Below are positions 19,025 through 29,272 of a stretch of DNA of 64,000 bases, piece by piece. How positions within the stretch are numbered: the stretch's first letter is position 1; each line of letters begins with the position of its first letter. The stretch is from an uncultured Gemmatimonadales bacterium. Its GTDB lineage: Bacteria; Gemmatimonadota; Gemmatimonadetes; Longimicrobiales; RSA9. Below the pieces are notes generated by a model. It was not told where the DNA came from and made no database searches. It saw only the letters and a list, made by a program, of their open reading frames with translations. The DNA is taken from assembly GCA_963816355.1 (NCBI GenBank), contig CAWFKH010000006.1, positions 64,001 through 128,000 of the forward strand, read 5' to 3'. Both the position numbers and the translations under genes were made by a program.

Positions 19025-20038
19025 ATGTCGACCACGAGGGATCGCCCGCTGGCGATCTATTACGAGCACCCGGACTGGTTCCGTCCGCTCTTCGCCGAGC
19101 TGGACCGGCGAGGCGTTGGGTACGAGAAGCTGCGCGCGTCGGAGACGTGGTACGATCCGTCGTCGGCGCCGCCGCCGTACGCGCTCGTCTTCAACCGCAT
19201 GAGCCCGTCGGCCTACCTGCGAGGCGGCGCCCGGCAGATCTTCTTCACCGGCCAGTACCTGACGCACCTGCGCCGCCACGGCGTGCGCGTGGTCAACGGC
19301 CCGGAAGCGTGGCGCACGGAGGTGAGCAAGGCGTACCAGCTCTCGCTGCTGCACGGCCTCCGCCTGCCGTTTCCGCACGCGCGCGTGATCCACGATCCGG
19401 CGACGGCGCCCGCGGCGGCCGAGGGGCTGCGCTTCCCCGTCGTCGTCAAGCCGAACATCGGCGGCAGCGGCGCCGGCGTGGTGAGGTTCGACGACGCCGC
19501 TTCCTTGCGCCGCGCGGCGGAAGCCGGCACGCTGGACCTCGGCCTCGACGACACCGCGCTGGTGCAGGAGTTCATCCCGGCGGCGGGCGGCCGCATCGTG
19601 CGCGTCGAGGTGCTCGACGGCGCCTACCTCTACGCGATCCGCGTCTACACCCCCGGCGACGCGTTCAACCTCTGCCCCGCCGACGTGTGCCAGACGGTGG
19701 ACGGCGTGGCGCTCGAGCGCGCGGCGTGCGCGGCCGACGCTCCAAAGAACGGCCTGCGCGTCGAGGGCTACGAGCCGCCCGCCGACGTCGTCCGCGACGT
19801 GGAGCGGATCGTCGCCGCCGCCGGCATCGAGATCGGCGGCGTCGAGTACATCGTCGACGAGCGCGACGGCCGCCTCTACTACTACGACGTCAACGCGCTC
19901 TCGAACTTCGTGGCGGACGCGCCGCGCGTGATCGGCTTCGACCCGTTCGCGCGGCTGGCGGACTGGCTGGAGCGGGAAGCCGACGTCGCCGTCGCGGGCT
20001 CCCGGCGTGCCGTGGCGCCGGCCGCGGAGGTGGCGTGA
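19025..20038 (+). CDS. ATP-grasp ligase (RimK/glutathione synthetase-like)
   Basis: AAGGAGG RBS; FPVVVKPNIGGSGAG, LVQEFIP, GGVEY, YDVNALSNF. Confidence 0.88.
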   Translation: MSTTRDRPLAIYYEHPDWFRPLFAELDRRGVGYEKLRASETWYDPSSAPPPYALVFNRMSPSAYLRGGARQIFFTGQYLTHLRRHGVRVVNGPEAWRTEVSKAYQLSLLHGLRLPFPHARVIHDPATAPAAAEGLRFPVVVKPNIGGSGAGVVRFDDAASLRRAAEAGTLDLGLDDTALVQEFIPAAGGRIVRVEVLDGAYLYAIRVYTPGDAFNLCPADVCQTVDGVALERAACAADAPKNGLRVEGYEPPADVVRDVERIVAAAGIEIGGVEYIVDERDGRLYYYDVNALSNFVADAPRVIGFDPFARLADWLEREADVAVAGSRRAVAPAAEVA

Positions 20039-21081
20039 TGCGATACGGCTACTGGCTCCCGGTCTTCGGCGGCTGGCTGCGCAACGTCGAGGACGAGGGG
20101 ATGGAGACGAGCTGGGAGTACGTCTCGCGGCTCGCCCAGCGCAGCGAGCGGATCGGCTTCGGCGTCACGCTGCTCGCCGAGCTCAACCTGAACGACATCA
20201 AGGGGATGGACGCGCCGTCGCTCGACGCGTGGAGCACTGCGGCGGCGCTCGCCGCGGTGACCGAGCGGCTCGAGATCATGGTCGCGGTGCGGCCCACCTT
20301 CCACGCGCCCGCGCTGCTCGCGAAGCAGGCGGCGAACATCGACCACATCAGCGGCGGCCGCCTCTCGCTCAACGTCGTCTCCTCCTGGTGGGCGACCGAG
20401 GCGAGGAAGTACGGCGTGGCCTTCGACCACCACGACGAGCGCTACGCGCGCAGCGCCGAATGGATCGATGTCGTCGACGGCATGTGGCGTGAGCCGGTCT
20501 TCAGCCACGAAGGCCGCTTCTACGACGTCGAGGAGGCGATCCTCGAGCCGAAGCCGGTGCAGCGGCCGCGGCCCACGCTGTACGCCGGCGGTGAATCACC
20601 GGCGGGCAAGGCGATGATCGCGAAGAAGTGCGACGCGTGGCTCACGCACGGGGACCCGCCGGACGTCATCGCCGCGAAGGTCGCCGACATGCGCGAGCGG
20701 CGTGCGGCGACGGGTCTGCCGCCACTGCGCTTCGGCGCCGCGGGCTACGCCGTCGTGCGCTCGAGCGAGGCGGAGGTGCGCCGCGAGATCCAGCGCATCA
20801 CCGACGTGCGTCAGAGTGCGCGCGGCTACGCGAACTACCAGGACTGGATCGCCAACACGCAGCTCGAGCAGCGCGTCAGCCTCGAGGATTACTCGGTGTC
20901 GAACCGGGGGTTGCGCAGCGGCCTCGTAGGGACGCCCGAGCAGGTCGCCGAGCGCATCGTCGCCTTCGAGGAGGCCGGCCTCGACCTGCTCCTCCTCCAG
21001 TTCAGCCCCCAGCACGAGGAGATGGAGCGCTTCGCGGAGGAGGTGATGCCGCTCGTCGGCGGCCGCGCGGTCGGCGTGTGA
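20038..21081 (+). CDS. LLM-class monooxygenase, SfnG/SsuD-like (organosulfur)
   Basis: TGATG translational coupling; YWLPVFGGWL, GGRLSLNVVSSWW, YAGGES, LVGTPEQVAERI. Confidence 0.85.
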   Translation: MRYGYWLPVFGGWLRNVEDEGMETSWEYVSRLAQRSERIGFGVTLLAELNLNDIKGMDAPSLDAWSTAAALAAVTERLEIMVAVRPTFHAPALLAKQAANIDHISGGRLSLNVVSSWWATEARKYGVAFDHHDERYARSAEWIDVVDGMWREPVFSHEGRFYDVEEAILEPKPVQRPRPTLYAGGESPAGKAMIAKKCDAWLTHGDPPDVIAAKVADMRERRAATGLPPLRFGAAGYAVVRSSEAEVRREIQRITDVRQSARGYANYQDWIANTQLEQRVSLEDYSVSNRGLRSGLVGTPEQVAERIVAFEEAGLDLLLLQFSPQHEEMERFAEEVMPLVGGRAVGV

Positions 21082-21112
21082 GCCGGCGCGCGGCCGCCGC
21101 GGTGAACGGGCG

Positions 21113-21745
21113 CTAGCGCCGTGCGGGACCGGAGCAGGCGTCGTAGAGCTGCTGCGCCACCTGCGGCAGCTTGGCGCGCTGCGCGTCGGTGAGCACGTCG
21201 CGCGCCTCCATCGCCGCCTTGAGCATGGCGACGTGTGCCTCGATGCGCTCCTCGCTCAGCTCCTTCAGCGCGTGCTCGTATTCGTCGAGGTCCGGCTCGT
21301 CCTCGCGCAGAGCGGCGATCGCCTTCTGTCGCTGCTCCGCCAGCTCGTCGCGCGACTCCTGAACATCCTCTCCGCGCTCGTGCTGCAGGTGCTCGATGCG
21401 CGAGACCTGGTCGTCGGTGAGGCCCAGCGCCTGTCGCTGCGACAGCAGCGCCTGCGGCGGCACGAACATGGCCATCATCGCCTGGTGGTCCGCCATGGCG
21501 CCGCCGCCCATGGCGCCGCCGCCCATCGCGCCGCCGCCCATGGCGCGGCCGCCGTGCTGGCCGTTGCCGCCCATGCCGCCGCCCATCGGGCCGACCCCGG
21601 GGCCGCCCAGCATCTCCATGTGCATCGCCATGAGCGCCTGGCACTCGGCGGGCGCGCCGCCGCGGCCCATGCCCGGCTGCTGCGCGGACAGCGGTGCCGC
21701 CGCCAGTGCGCCGGCGGCCGTGATTGCGATCGCGAACTTCGTCAT
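21113..21745 (-). CDS. Spy/CpxP-family periplasmic protein, Met/Gly-rich
   Basis: GAGGAGG RBS, signal peptide, LGLTDDQ and VLTDAQR (LTXXQ) motifs, GGGAM repeats. Confidence 0.8.
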   Translation of the reverse strand: MTKFAIAITAAGALAAAPLSAQQPGMGRGGAPAECQALMAMHMEMLGGPGVGPMGGGMGGNGQHGGRAMGGGAMGGGAMGGGAMADHQAMMAMFVPPQALLSQRQALGLTDDQVSRIEHLQHERGEDVQESRDELAEQRQKAIAALREDEPDLDEYEHALKELSEERIEAHVAMLKAAMEARDVLTDAQRAKLPQVAQQLYDACSGPARR

Positions 21746-21849
21746 CGTGTCCTCCTCTTTCCGCCGGGACGCTCGTCCCGGTCGCCTTCGGATCAGACGA
21801 CGAGCATGCAAGTCGCGCTCCGCGGCGCGGGTGCGGGCTCCTCCCGCGC

Positions 21850-22833
21850 TCAGTGGTGGCCGCGGACCTCGTGCGGCTGGTACGGCGCTTCGAGCCGCTC
21901 GATCTCGGCGGGCTCCAGCCGCAGCTCGAGCGAGCGGATCGCGGCGTCCAGGTGCGGCAGCTTCGTCGCGCCGACGATCGGCGCGGTGACCGCCGGCTTC
22001 GACAGCAGCCACGCGAGCGACACCTCGGCGGGCGAGACGCCGCGCTCCGTGGCGAGGTTTTCCACCCCCTCGACGATGTCCCAGTCGCCGGGCCCGCCGT
22101 AGAGGCTGTGGCCGTACTCGTCGGTGGCGGCGCGGGGGGTCGACTGGCGGTCGTCGAGGGCGGTACGGGCGCCGGCGAGGAGTCCGCGAGCGAGGGGGGA
22201 CCAGGGGAGGACGGCGAGGCCCTCCGCGCGGCAGAGTGGGATCGTCTCCCTCTCCTCCTCGCGATAGACCAGGTTGTAGTGGTTCTGCATGGAGACGAAG
22301 CGCGCCCAGCCGTTGCGCTCGGAAGCGGCGAGCGCGCGCGCGAGCTGCCACGCCCAGCCGGAGCTGGCGCCGATGTAGCGCACCTTGCCGGCGTGGACGA
22401 GGTGGTCGAACGCGGCGAGCGTCTCCTCGATCGGCGTCTTCGCGTCGAAGCGGTGGATCTGGTAGAGGTCGATCGTCTCGACGCCCAGCCGGCGCAGGCT
22501 CGCCTCGCACGCCTGCACGATGTGCTTGCGCGAGAGACCGGCCATGTTCGGCCCCGGACCCATGCGGTTGAAGACCTTCGTCGCGAGGACGATCTCGTCG
22601 CGCTTCGCGTACTCGCGCAGCGCGCGGCCGGTGATTTCCTCGCTCACGCCGACGGAGTAGATGTCTGCGGTGTCGAAGAAGTTGATCCCCGCTTCGATGG
22701 CGCGGCGGAAGAACGGCCGCGCCGCCTCCTCGTCGAGGACCCATTCCCGCCACTGCGGCGAGCCGTAGCTCATGCAGCCGAGGCAGATGCGGGAGACCGT
22801 GACGCCCGTGGCGCCGAGGGTGGTGTATACCAT
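21850..22833 (-). CDS. Aldo/keto reductase
   Basis: VSRICLGCMSYG, FFDTADIYS, IDLYQIHRFD, PWSPLARG. Confidence 0.95.
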   Translation of the reverse strand: MVYTTLGATGVTVSRICLGCMSYGSPQWREWVLDEEAARPFFRRAIEAGINFFDTADIYSVGVSEEITGRALREYAKRDEIVLATKVFNRMGPGPNMAGLSRKHIVQACEASLRRLGVETIDLYQIHRFDAKTPIEETLAAFDHLVHAGKVRYIGASSGWAWQLARALAASERNGWARFVSMQNHYNLVYREEERETIPLCRAEGLAVLPWSPLARGLLAGARTALDDRQSTPRAATDEYGHSLYGGPGDWDIVEGVENLATERGVSPAEVSLAWLLSKPAVTAPIVGATKLPHLDAAIRSLELRLEPAEIERLEAPYQPHEVRGHH

Positions 22834-23466
22834 GGCCGGGATCGTAGGTGAGACCGCTCCGTCGTGGCAACCGCTCGCCGCAGATCGCAGCGCGGACGGG
22901 GGGAGACGAGCGACGAGTATGCGGACCGCGCGGCGGCTCGAGCTCAGGGCCGGTGCGCCGGCTCAGACCGAAGCACGAGGCCGCCCGTGCGGCTCGGCCA
23001 CCCCGCGGGCCACCTGATCACACGTCTCGCGGAGGATCCCTCCTGCAGGGCGAGCAATTTCTCGTAATGGACGTCCGCTCCCAGATCGCCATCCTGTCTT
23101 GTCTCGGAAAGCGAGCAAAATGTCGAGCGCGATGCGGTCGGCGCTCGGCCGTTACGAGATTCTTCCCGGTTTCCGGGAAGAATCCGGATAACGAGGCTGG
23201 AATCGGCGTCGATTACGACTTTCTTCTCGCTGAGCCGCGAGCCGGGACCCTCGGCCGTGCAACGGATCGCGGGCGCGCAGGTGCGTCGCGTGCCGCTCGA
23301 TGCTCGAGCGACCCAAAGCCCACGTAAACACGCGGCGCGGCCAGGAACGCTCGGGCGCCGCACCCGCCGCGCGCTCGACGTTCATCGCACTGACATCGCA
23401 CTGAGCCTCCAGCGAGCACGCCGGCTGCGCGCGGAGGATCGCCCCCTGGCGCGGCCCGCGAGTCCA

Positions 23467-23482
23467 TGGCAACCTTCTTGCC
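23467..23482 (+). promoter_or_regulatory. Possible sigma54 promoter
   Basis: TGGCAaccttcTTGC (GG-N10-GC) about 40 bp before the kinase ATG. Confidence 0.35.
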
Positions 23483-23523
23483 TTCTGCCGCTGTACCCCC
23501 AGGACGGACGGAAACGAAACGCG

Positions 23524-25329
23524 ATGGCTACGGACGGGCCGCGCCGCGGCCTCTCGCTCGAGTACAAGCTGCCGCTCCTGATCGCGATCCTGTTGCTCGG
23601 GCTGATCGTGATCGGATCCGTGCTTGCCTACCGCGAGGTTCGCGGCGCGGCCATCGTGGCGAACGCCGAGCGGCTGGGGAAGGTGTCGGCGCAGCTCGCC
23701 GAGCTCGCACGCGCGGGGGTGACGCAGCGGATGGCGCTGGTGAACGACGTCGCCGGCGACGACCACGTGCGCGCGCTGCTCGGCGGGGCGCCGGACACCG
23801 CGACGGCGGTGCGTCGCGCGCTGGCGCGCCTCGCGCTGCCGGGCGACAGCAGTCTGCCGATCGAGGTGTGGAATGCGGTGGGCGGTCGCGCGGGCGGCTT
23901 CGGAGGCTATCCGATGGAGTGGAGGGCGGACCTTCGCCGTCAGGCGCGTTCCGCCACGGTGGTCCCGGACTCCGGCATCGGCCCGATCTTCACCGTGGAT
24001 TCGCGGGCGCTCACCTGGATGGCCACTCCGATCCGCGTGCGGGGCCGCAAGGTCGGGCGGCTCGTGCAGCTGCGCCGCGTGGGGAGCGGATCCACCGCCG
24101 CGCAGATCGAAGATCTGATCGGCTCCCGGCTCACGGTGTTCTTCACCGACAGCGCGGGCGGACCATGGGTCCGGGTGAACGGCGACGTGGTGCGGGACGG
24201 CCCGCCGGTGCTGGAGCCCGGGCGGCTCACGACGTACGAACGGGGTGGCGTCCGTTACCTGGCCCAGGCGGCGCTCGTGCCGCAATCGCCGTACGCCATT
24301 GTCGCCGAGACTCCGATGAGCGCCGTGATGGCACGGCCGGACGCGTTCCTGCGCCGGCTCCTCGGCGGGACGGTCGTGCTCATCGTGCTCGGCCTCGTCG
24401 GGGCGTGGGTGCTGAGCCGCAGCATCACACGCCCGCTCAAGGCGCTGAGCCGCGCCGCCACCGATCTCGCCGCTGGCGACTACGACCGCCGCATCGACGT
24501 CGACCGCAGCGACGAGCTCGGCGCTCTGGCGCACGCCTTCAGCGACATGGCGCGCGACGTCGAGCGTGCCTTCTCCGCCGCCGACCGCGCGCGCGAGGAG
24601 GCCGAGCGCGCGAGCAGCGCGAAGTCCGAGTTCCTGGCGACGATGAGCCACGAGATCCGCACGCCGATCAACGCGATTCTCGGCTACACGGACCTCCTGC
24701 TGTACGAGACGCGAGGGCCGCTCTCCGAGGGGCAGCGCGAGCAGCTCGAGCGGCTGCGCGCGAGCGGGCGCCACCTCACGACGCTGGTCGACGAGGTGCT
24801 CGACCTGGCCCGCATCGAGTCCGGCCGCCTGCGCGTCGAATGCGCCGTCTCTTCCGGCCGGGAAGCGGTCGCGGCGGCCACCGCCGTGGTGCGGCCGGAG
24901 GCGGAGCGGAAGGGCGTGGCCCTGCGCATCCGGGACGCAGGCGACGACGTGCTCTACCAGGGCGACCCGCACCGCGTGCGGCAGATCCTGATCAACCTGC
25001 TCTCGAACGCGGTCAAGTTCACGCCGGAGGGCGGCTCGATCGACGTCGAGATGGCGGCGCGCGGGCGCAACGGCGAGGGCGAAGCGCGCTTCGTCGTGGC
25101 GGACACCGGAATCGGCATCCCGCCCGACCGGCTCGAGGAGATCTTCGAGCCGTTCGTGCAGGTGGAGGGCGGCCTGACGCGCGGCTACGGCGGTGCCGGA
25201 CTCGGCCTGGCGATCAGCCGCCGCCTCGCCCGGACCATGGGCGGCGAGCTGGGAGCCGAGAGCGAGCCCGGGAACGGGTCGAGCTTCTGGCTGCGCCTGC
25301 CGTTGGGAGGAGAGGCGGGGATTGATTGA
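23524..25329 (+). CDS. Membrane sensor histidine kinase (HAMP-HisKA-HATPase); no response regulator adjacent
   Basis: Two TM helices, HAMP, MSHEIRTP, NLLSNAVKFT, DTGIGI, GAGLGL. Confidence 0.93.
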   Translation: MATDGPRRGLSLEYKLPLLIAILLLGLIVIGSVLAYREVRGAAIVANAERLGKVSAQLAELARAGVTQRMALVNDVAGDDHVRALLGGAPDTATAVRRALARLALPGDSSLPIEVWNAVGGRAGGFGGYPMEWRADLRRQARSATVVPDSGIGPIFTVDSRALTWMATPIRVRGRKVGRLVQLRRVGSGSTAAQIEDLIGSRLTVFFTDSAGGPWVRVNGDVVRDGPPVLEPGRLTTYERGGVRYLAQAALVPQSPYAIVAETPMSAVMARPDAFLRRLLGGTVVLIVLGLVGAWVLSRSITRPLKALSRAATDLAAGDYDRRIDVDRSDELGALAHAFSDMARDVERAFSAADRAREEAERASSAKSEFLATMSHEIRTPINAILGYTDLLLYETRGPLSEGQREQLERLRASGRHLTTLVDEVLDLARIESGRLRVECAVSSGREAVAAATAVVRPEAERKGVALRIRDAGDDVLYQGDPHRVRQILINLLSNAVKFTPEGGSIDVEMAARGRNGEGEARFVVADTGIGIPPDRLEEIFEPFVQVEGGLTRGYGGAGLGLAISRRLARTMGGELGAESEPGNGSSFWLRLPLGGEAGID

Positions 25330-25620
25330 CGGCGGGATTTGACGGCGGGATTTGACGGCGGGATTCGACTGCGGGATTCGACGACGGGATTCGACGACGG
25401 GATTTGACGGCGGGATTCGACTGCGGGATTCGACGGCGGCAACGACGGGTGCGCCGCATCTGGAGGACCAGATCCCGACGTTCCCGCGGTTCAATCCCGC
25501 AGTTTGCGGTTCAATCCCGCGGTTCAATCCCGCGGTTCGAGGATCCCGCGGTTCAATCCCGCGGTTGGGTCCCGCGGTTCAATCCCGCGGTTCAATCCCG
25601 CAGTTGCGTCCCGCAGCTAT
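25326..25620. repeat. Opposed 13-bp tandem arrays, copy 1
   Basis: About 9x ttgacggcgggat variants (25326-25440), then tcccgcggttcaa variants (25482-25620). Confidence 0.9.
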
Positions 25621-25744
25621 ATCCTGCCGTTGGGTCCCGCCCGCAGTTCATGCGGGCTCTGCCGGACACGGCATCAGCGAACTCCCGACGCGCAGGGGCG
25701 CGGGCGCGGGGTACGATGCATTCGTGACGGCGCGAGGAGGGTCC

Positions 25745-27688
25745 ATGGTCGATCGAGTACGACGGCGCACGGCAAGAGCGGGACGCCAGGCCATCGTCGC
25801 GATCGGGGCCATCGCGGTGTTCGCCGCGGCGTCTACCACCGGCTTCGGCCGCCGCGTCGCGTCACTGCCGGCCGCGTCGACGCGCCGCGCGCGTCCTCGC
25901 CGGCCGCGTCGACGCGCCGCGTCGCGTCCTCGCCGGTCGCGTCGCAACTGCAGGCTCGCCTGGCGCGGCTGCGCGCGGAGGGCGTCATCCACGTTGCGGG
26001 CGAGGCGCTCCTGCGTTCGGCGGTGCTGGACGCGATCTACGCGCGGCGAGCATTCGAGCCGCTGTGGACCGCGCCGACGCCGGCGCGCGAGCTGCGTCGG
26101 CTGATCGCGGATGCGGCCGAGGACGGGCTCGATCCGCGCGACTACCACGCGGTCGGGATCGACGCGCTGTCGGCCGGCGCGCCGTCGCCTGAAGCGGTGG
26201 CGCCCGCAGCGTTGGCGCCCGGCGCGCCGTCTCCCGGCGCGCCGTCGCCCGCAGCGTTGGCGGCTGGTACGTTGGCCGCCGGTACGCTTGCGGCCGGTCT
26301 ATCGCCGGAGCGCGCGGCGGACCTCGATCTGCTCCGCACCGACGCGCTGCTTCGCCTCGCGGACCACCTGCGCCGGGGCCGCGTCGATGCGGCCTCGCTC
26401 GCGCCGAACCTGGACTTCGGCCGGCGCTCTGTTCGGCGACGACCCGGCCGCCGACATCGCGGCGCTCGCCCGCTCGGACGCGATCTACGCACGGGTCCGC
26501 GCGCTGCGGCCGGCGCACTTCGCTTACGCTGGGCTGCTCGACGCGCTCGCACGGCTGCGACGCATCGCCGCCGCGGGCGGCTGGCCGCGCGTCGGGACGG
26601 GGCCGGCGCTGCGCGCCGAAGGTGGCGTGACCCTGCGGGCGGAAGGTGGCGTGGCGGTGCGCGCCGACAGCGCTACGGCCGCGGCGGAAGGCCGGCGCGA
26701 AGGCGCAGCGCCGCAGTCGTCGTCGAGCGGCGAGCGGGTGCTCGCGCTGCGCCGCCGTCTCGCGATCAATGGCGACCTCTCCGCCGCCGCGGACACGGCG
26801 GGCGCCCGCTTCGACGCGGCGCTCGACGACGCCGTGCGCGCGTTCCAGCGCAGGCACGCTCTGAACGACGACGGCGTCGTGGGGCCGGCGACGCTGGCGC
26901 AGCTCGACCTGCCGGTCGCGGCGCGCGTCGCACAGGTGCGCGCGAACCTCGAGCGGGCGCGCTGGCTGCCGCGCGAACGCGAGCCGGCGCTCGTCGTCGT
27001 CAACGTGGCCGGCGCCACGGTCTACTTCGTCCGTGACGGCGCGATCCGGCTGGAAACGCGGGCCGTCGTAGGCAAGCCGAGCACGGCGACGCCCCTCTTT
27101 CGCGCGGATCTGCGCAGCGTCGAGCTGAATCCGACGTGGACGGTGCCGCCCGGCATCGTCGGCGAGGTGCTGCGCGCGGTCCGGCGCGACGCGGGCTATC
27201 TGCGCAAGCAGGGGATGCGCGTGATCGACCGGTCGGGGCGGCGCGTCGATCCGTCGCGGATCGACTTCTCGCGCTACTCCGCGCGCAGCTTTCCCTACGT
27301 CTTCCGGCAGGATCCGGGGCCGCTCAACCCGCTGGGCCGCATCAAGCTCGTCTTCCCCAACCGGTACAACGTCTACCTGCACGACACCTCCGCCCCCGCG
27401 CTCTTCGAGCTGGAGGAGCGCGCGTGCAGCCACGGCTGCATCCGCGTTCAGGACCCGGTCGACCTCGCCGAGCTCGTCCTCGACGACGCGCGCTGGAGCC
27501 GTGATTCGCTCGACGCCGCCATCGCCACCGGCGCGACCCGCATGATCGCCGTGCGCCGGCCCCTCCCCGTCGTCGTCCTCTACTGGACCGCGGCCGTCGA
27601 TCGCGCCGGCACGCTCCACTTCTACCGCGACGTCTACCGCCGCGACCCGCCGCTGCTGAAGGCGCTGGATACGCCGCTCGCGCGCTGA
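25745..27688 (+). pseudogene. L,D-transpeptidase (YcbB/LdtD-like) split by two frameshifts
   Basis: N-terminus, scaffold (DGLDPRDYH) and PG-binding/YkuD domain (VYLHDT, SHGCIRV) fall in frames that switch near 25890 and 26420. Confidence 0.8.
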
Positions 27689-27736
27689 GGCGCCCGCTGC
27701 CTGGCGCATCCGTCCCCGCCGCCGCAGCTTGCGCGC

Positions 27737-29236
27737 ATGCAACGCACTCCTGCCCGGATCCTCCCGCCGCTGCTCGGCCTGCTCGCCACCGCGTGCGCGT
27801 CCGCGGGGCCCGCGGCGGCGCCCGCGCCGTCTCCGGGCCGTGAGGCCGGCGCGGCGGCGTCCGGCGCGCCGGCGTCGTCCTCCACGGCAACGTCGCGGGG
27901 CGCCGCGGCACTCCCGCCGTTCGACCCCGCCGCTGCGCCCGCGATGCGGGCGGAGGTGCGCGGCGCGTTCCTGCACGCGTGGGACGGCTACCGCCGCTAC
28001 GCGTGGGGGCACGACGAAGTGCGGCCGCTCAGCGATTCGACGCGGGACTGGTATGGCGAGCCGGTGCTGATGACGCCGATCGACGCGTACGACACGATGC
28101 TGCTGATAGGGCTGGACGCGGAGGCGGCCGACGCGAAGCGGCTGATCCTCGACCGCCTCTCCTTCGATCGGGACACGAGCGTGCAGGTGTTCGAGGTCAC
28201 GATCCGGCTGGTCGGCGGGTTGCTCAGCGCCTACGAGATGGATGGCGACCCCCGCTTCCTCGCCTTCGCCGCCGATCTCGGCGAGCGGCTGCTGCCCGCC
28301 TTCGACTCGCCCACCGGGATGCCGTACCGCTTCGTGAACCTGCGCACCGGCGCCGTGCGTGATTCGGCGAGCAACCCCGCCGAGATCGGATCGCTGATGC
28401 TCGAGTTCGGCACGCTCGCGCGCTCGACCGGGCGGCGCGAGTTCTACGACGTCGCCAAGCGCGCCGTCGCCGCGCTCTTCCAGCGTCGCTCGAAGATCGG
28501 CCTCGTGGGCGAGCGGATCGACGTGCGCACCGGCGAGTGGCTGTCGAGCGAGAGCCACGTCGGGGGCTACATCGACTCGTACTACGAGTACCTGTACAAG
28601 TCGTGGCTGCTCTTCGGCGACGACGACTTCCGCGCCATGTGGGACGCCAGCATCGGTCCCGTGAACCGCTACCTCGCCGACACGCACGACGGCCGCCTCT
28701 GGTATGGCCACGCCGACATGGAGAGCGGGAAGCGCACCGCCACGCGCTTCGGCGCGCTCGACGCCTTCCTGCCCGGCTTGCTCGCGCTCTCCGGCGACAC
28801 CGCGCGCGCCGCGCGGCTCATGGCGTCCGTCTACCGCATGTGGAGCACGTTCGACGTCGAGCCGGAGGTGATGGACTACGAGTCGATGACGGTCGTCGAG
28901 GGCGCTTACCCGCTGCGGCCGGAGGCGCTCGAGTCCGCGTTCTACCTGTGGCGCACGACCGGCGAGGAGCGCTGGCGCGCCATGGGAAAGGACATCTTCG
29001 AGCGCATCGTGCGCTGGACCCGCACCCCCACCGCCTTCGCCGGCCTCGCCGACGTGCGCACGAAGGAGAAGCGCGACCGCATGCACTCCTTCCTGCTCGC
29101 CGAGACGTTCAAGTACGCGTGGCTGCTCTTCGCGCCCGATTCCGTGCTGGGGCTCGACGACGTCGTCTTCAACACCGAGGCGCACCCTCTGCGGCGGCCG
29201 CGGAAACGGCGTCCGGCCGGGGCGCCGCGCCGCTAG
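27737..29236 (+). CDS. GH47 alpha-1,2-mannosidase lipoprotein
   Basis: Lipobox ATAC; YAWGHDE, FEVTIRLVGGLLSAY, DSYYEY, LRPE, ETFKY, NTEAHP. Confidence 0.93.
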   Translation: MQRTPARILPPLLGLLATACASAGPAAAPAPSPGREAGAAASGAPASSSTATSRGAAALPPFDPAAAPAMRAEVRGAFLHAWDGYRRYAWGHDEVRPLSDSTRDWYGEPVLMTPIDAYDTMLLIGLDAEAADAKRLILDRLSFDRDTSVQVFEVTIRLVGGLLSAYEMDGDPRFLAFAADLGERLLPAFDSPTGMPYRFVNLRTGAVRDSASNPAEIGSLMLEFGTLARSTGRREFYDVAKRAVAALFQRRSKIGLVGERIDVRTGEWLSSESHVGGYIDSYYEYLYKSWLLFGDDDFRAMWDASIGPVNRYLADTHDGRLWYGHADMESGKRTATRFGALDAFLPGLLALSGDTARAARLMASVYRMWSTFDVEPEVMDYESMTVVEGAYPLRPEALESAFYLWRTTGEERWRAMGKDIFERIVRWTRTPTAFAGLADVRTKEKRDRMHSFLLAETFKYAWLLFAPDSVLGLDDVVFNTEAHPLRRPRKRRPAGAPRR

Positions 29237-29272
29237 CCGCGTTTTCCTCCGCCCCTGCGCCGGCCGCCGCGC

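Noticed and set aside
25326..25620. CRISPR array (also considered at 38028-38317 and 42784-42943)
   Set aside because: Units are contiguous with no unique spacers, and there are no cas genes in the window
26102..26104. Selenocysteine readthrough of TGA in the L,D-transpeptidase
   Set aside because: The homologous sequence here is in another frame, so frameshifts explain the break
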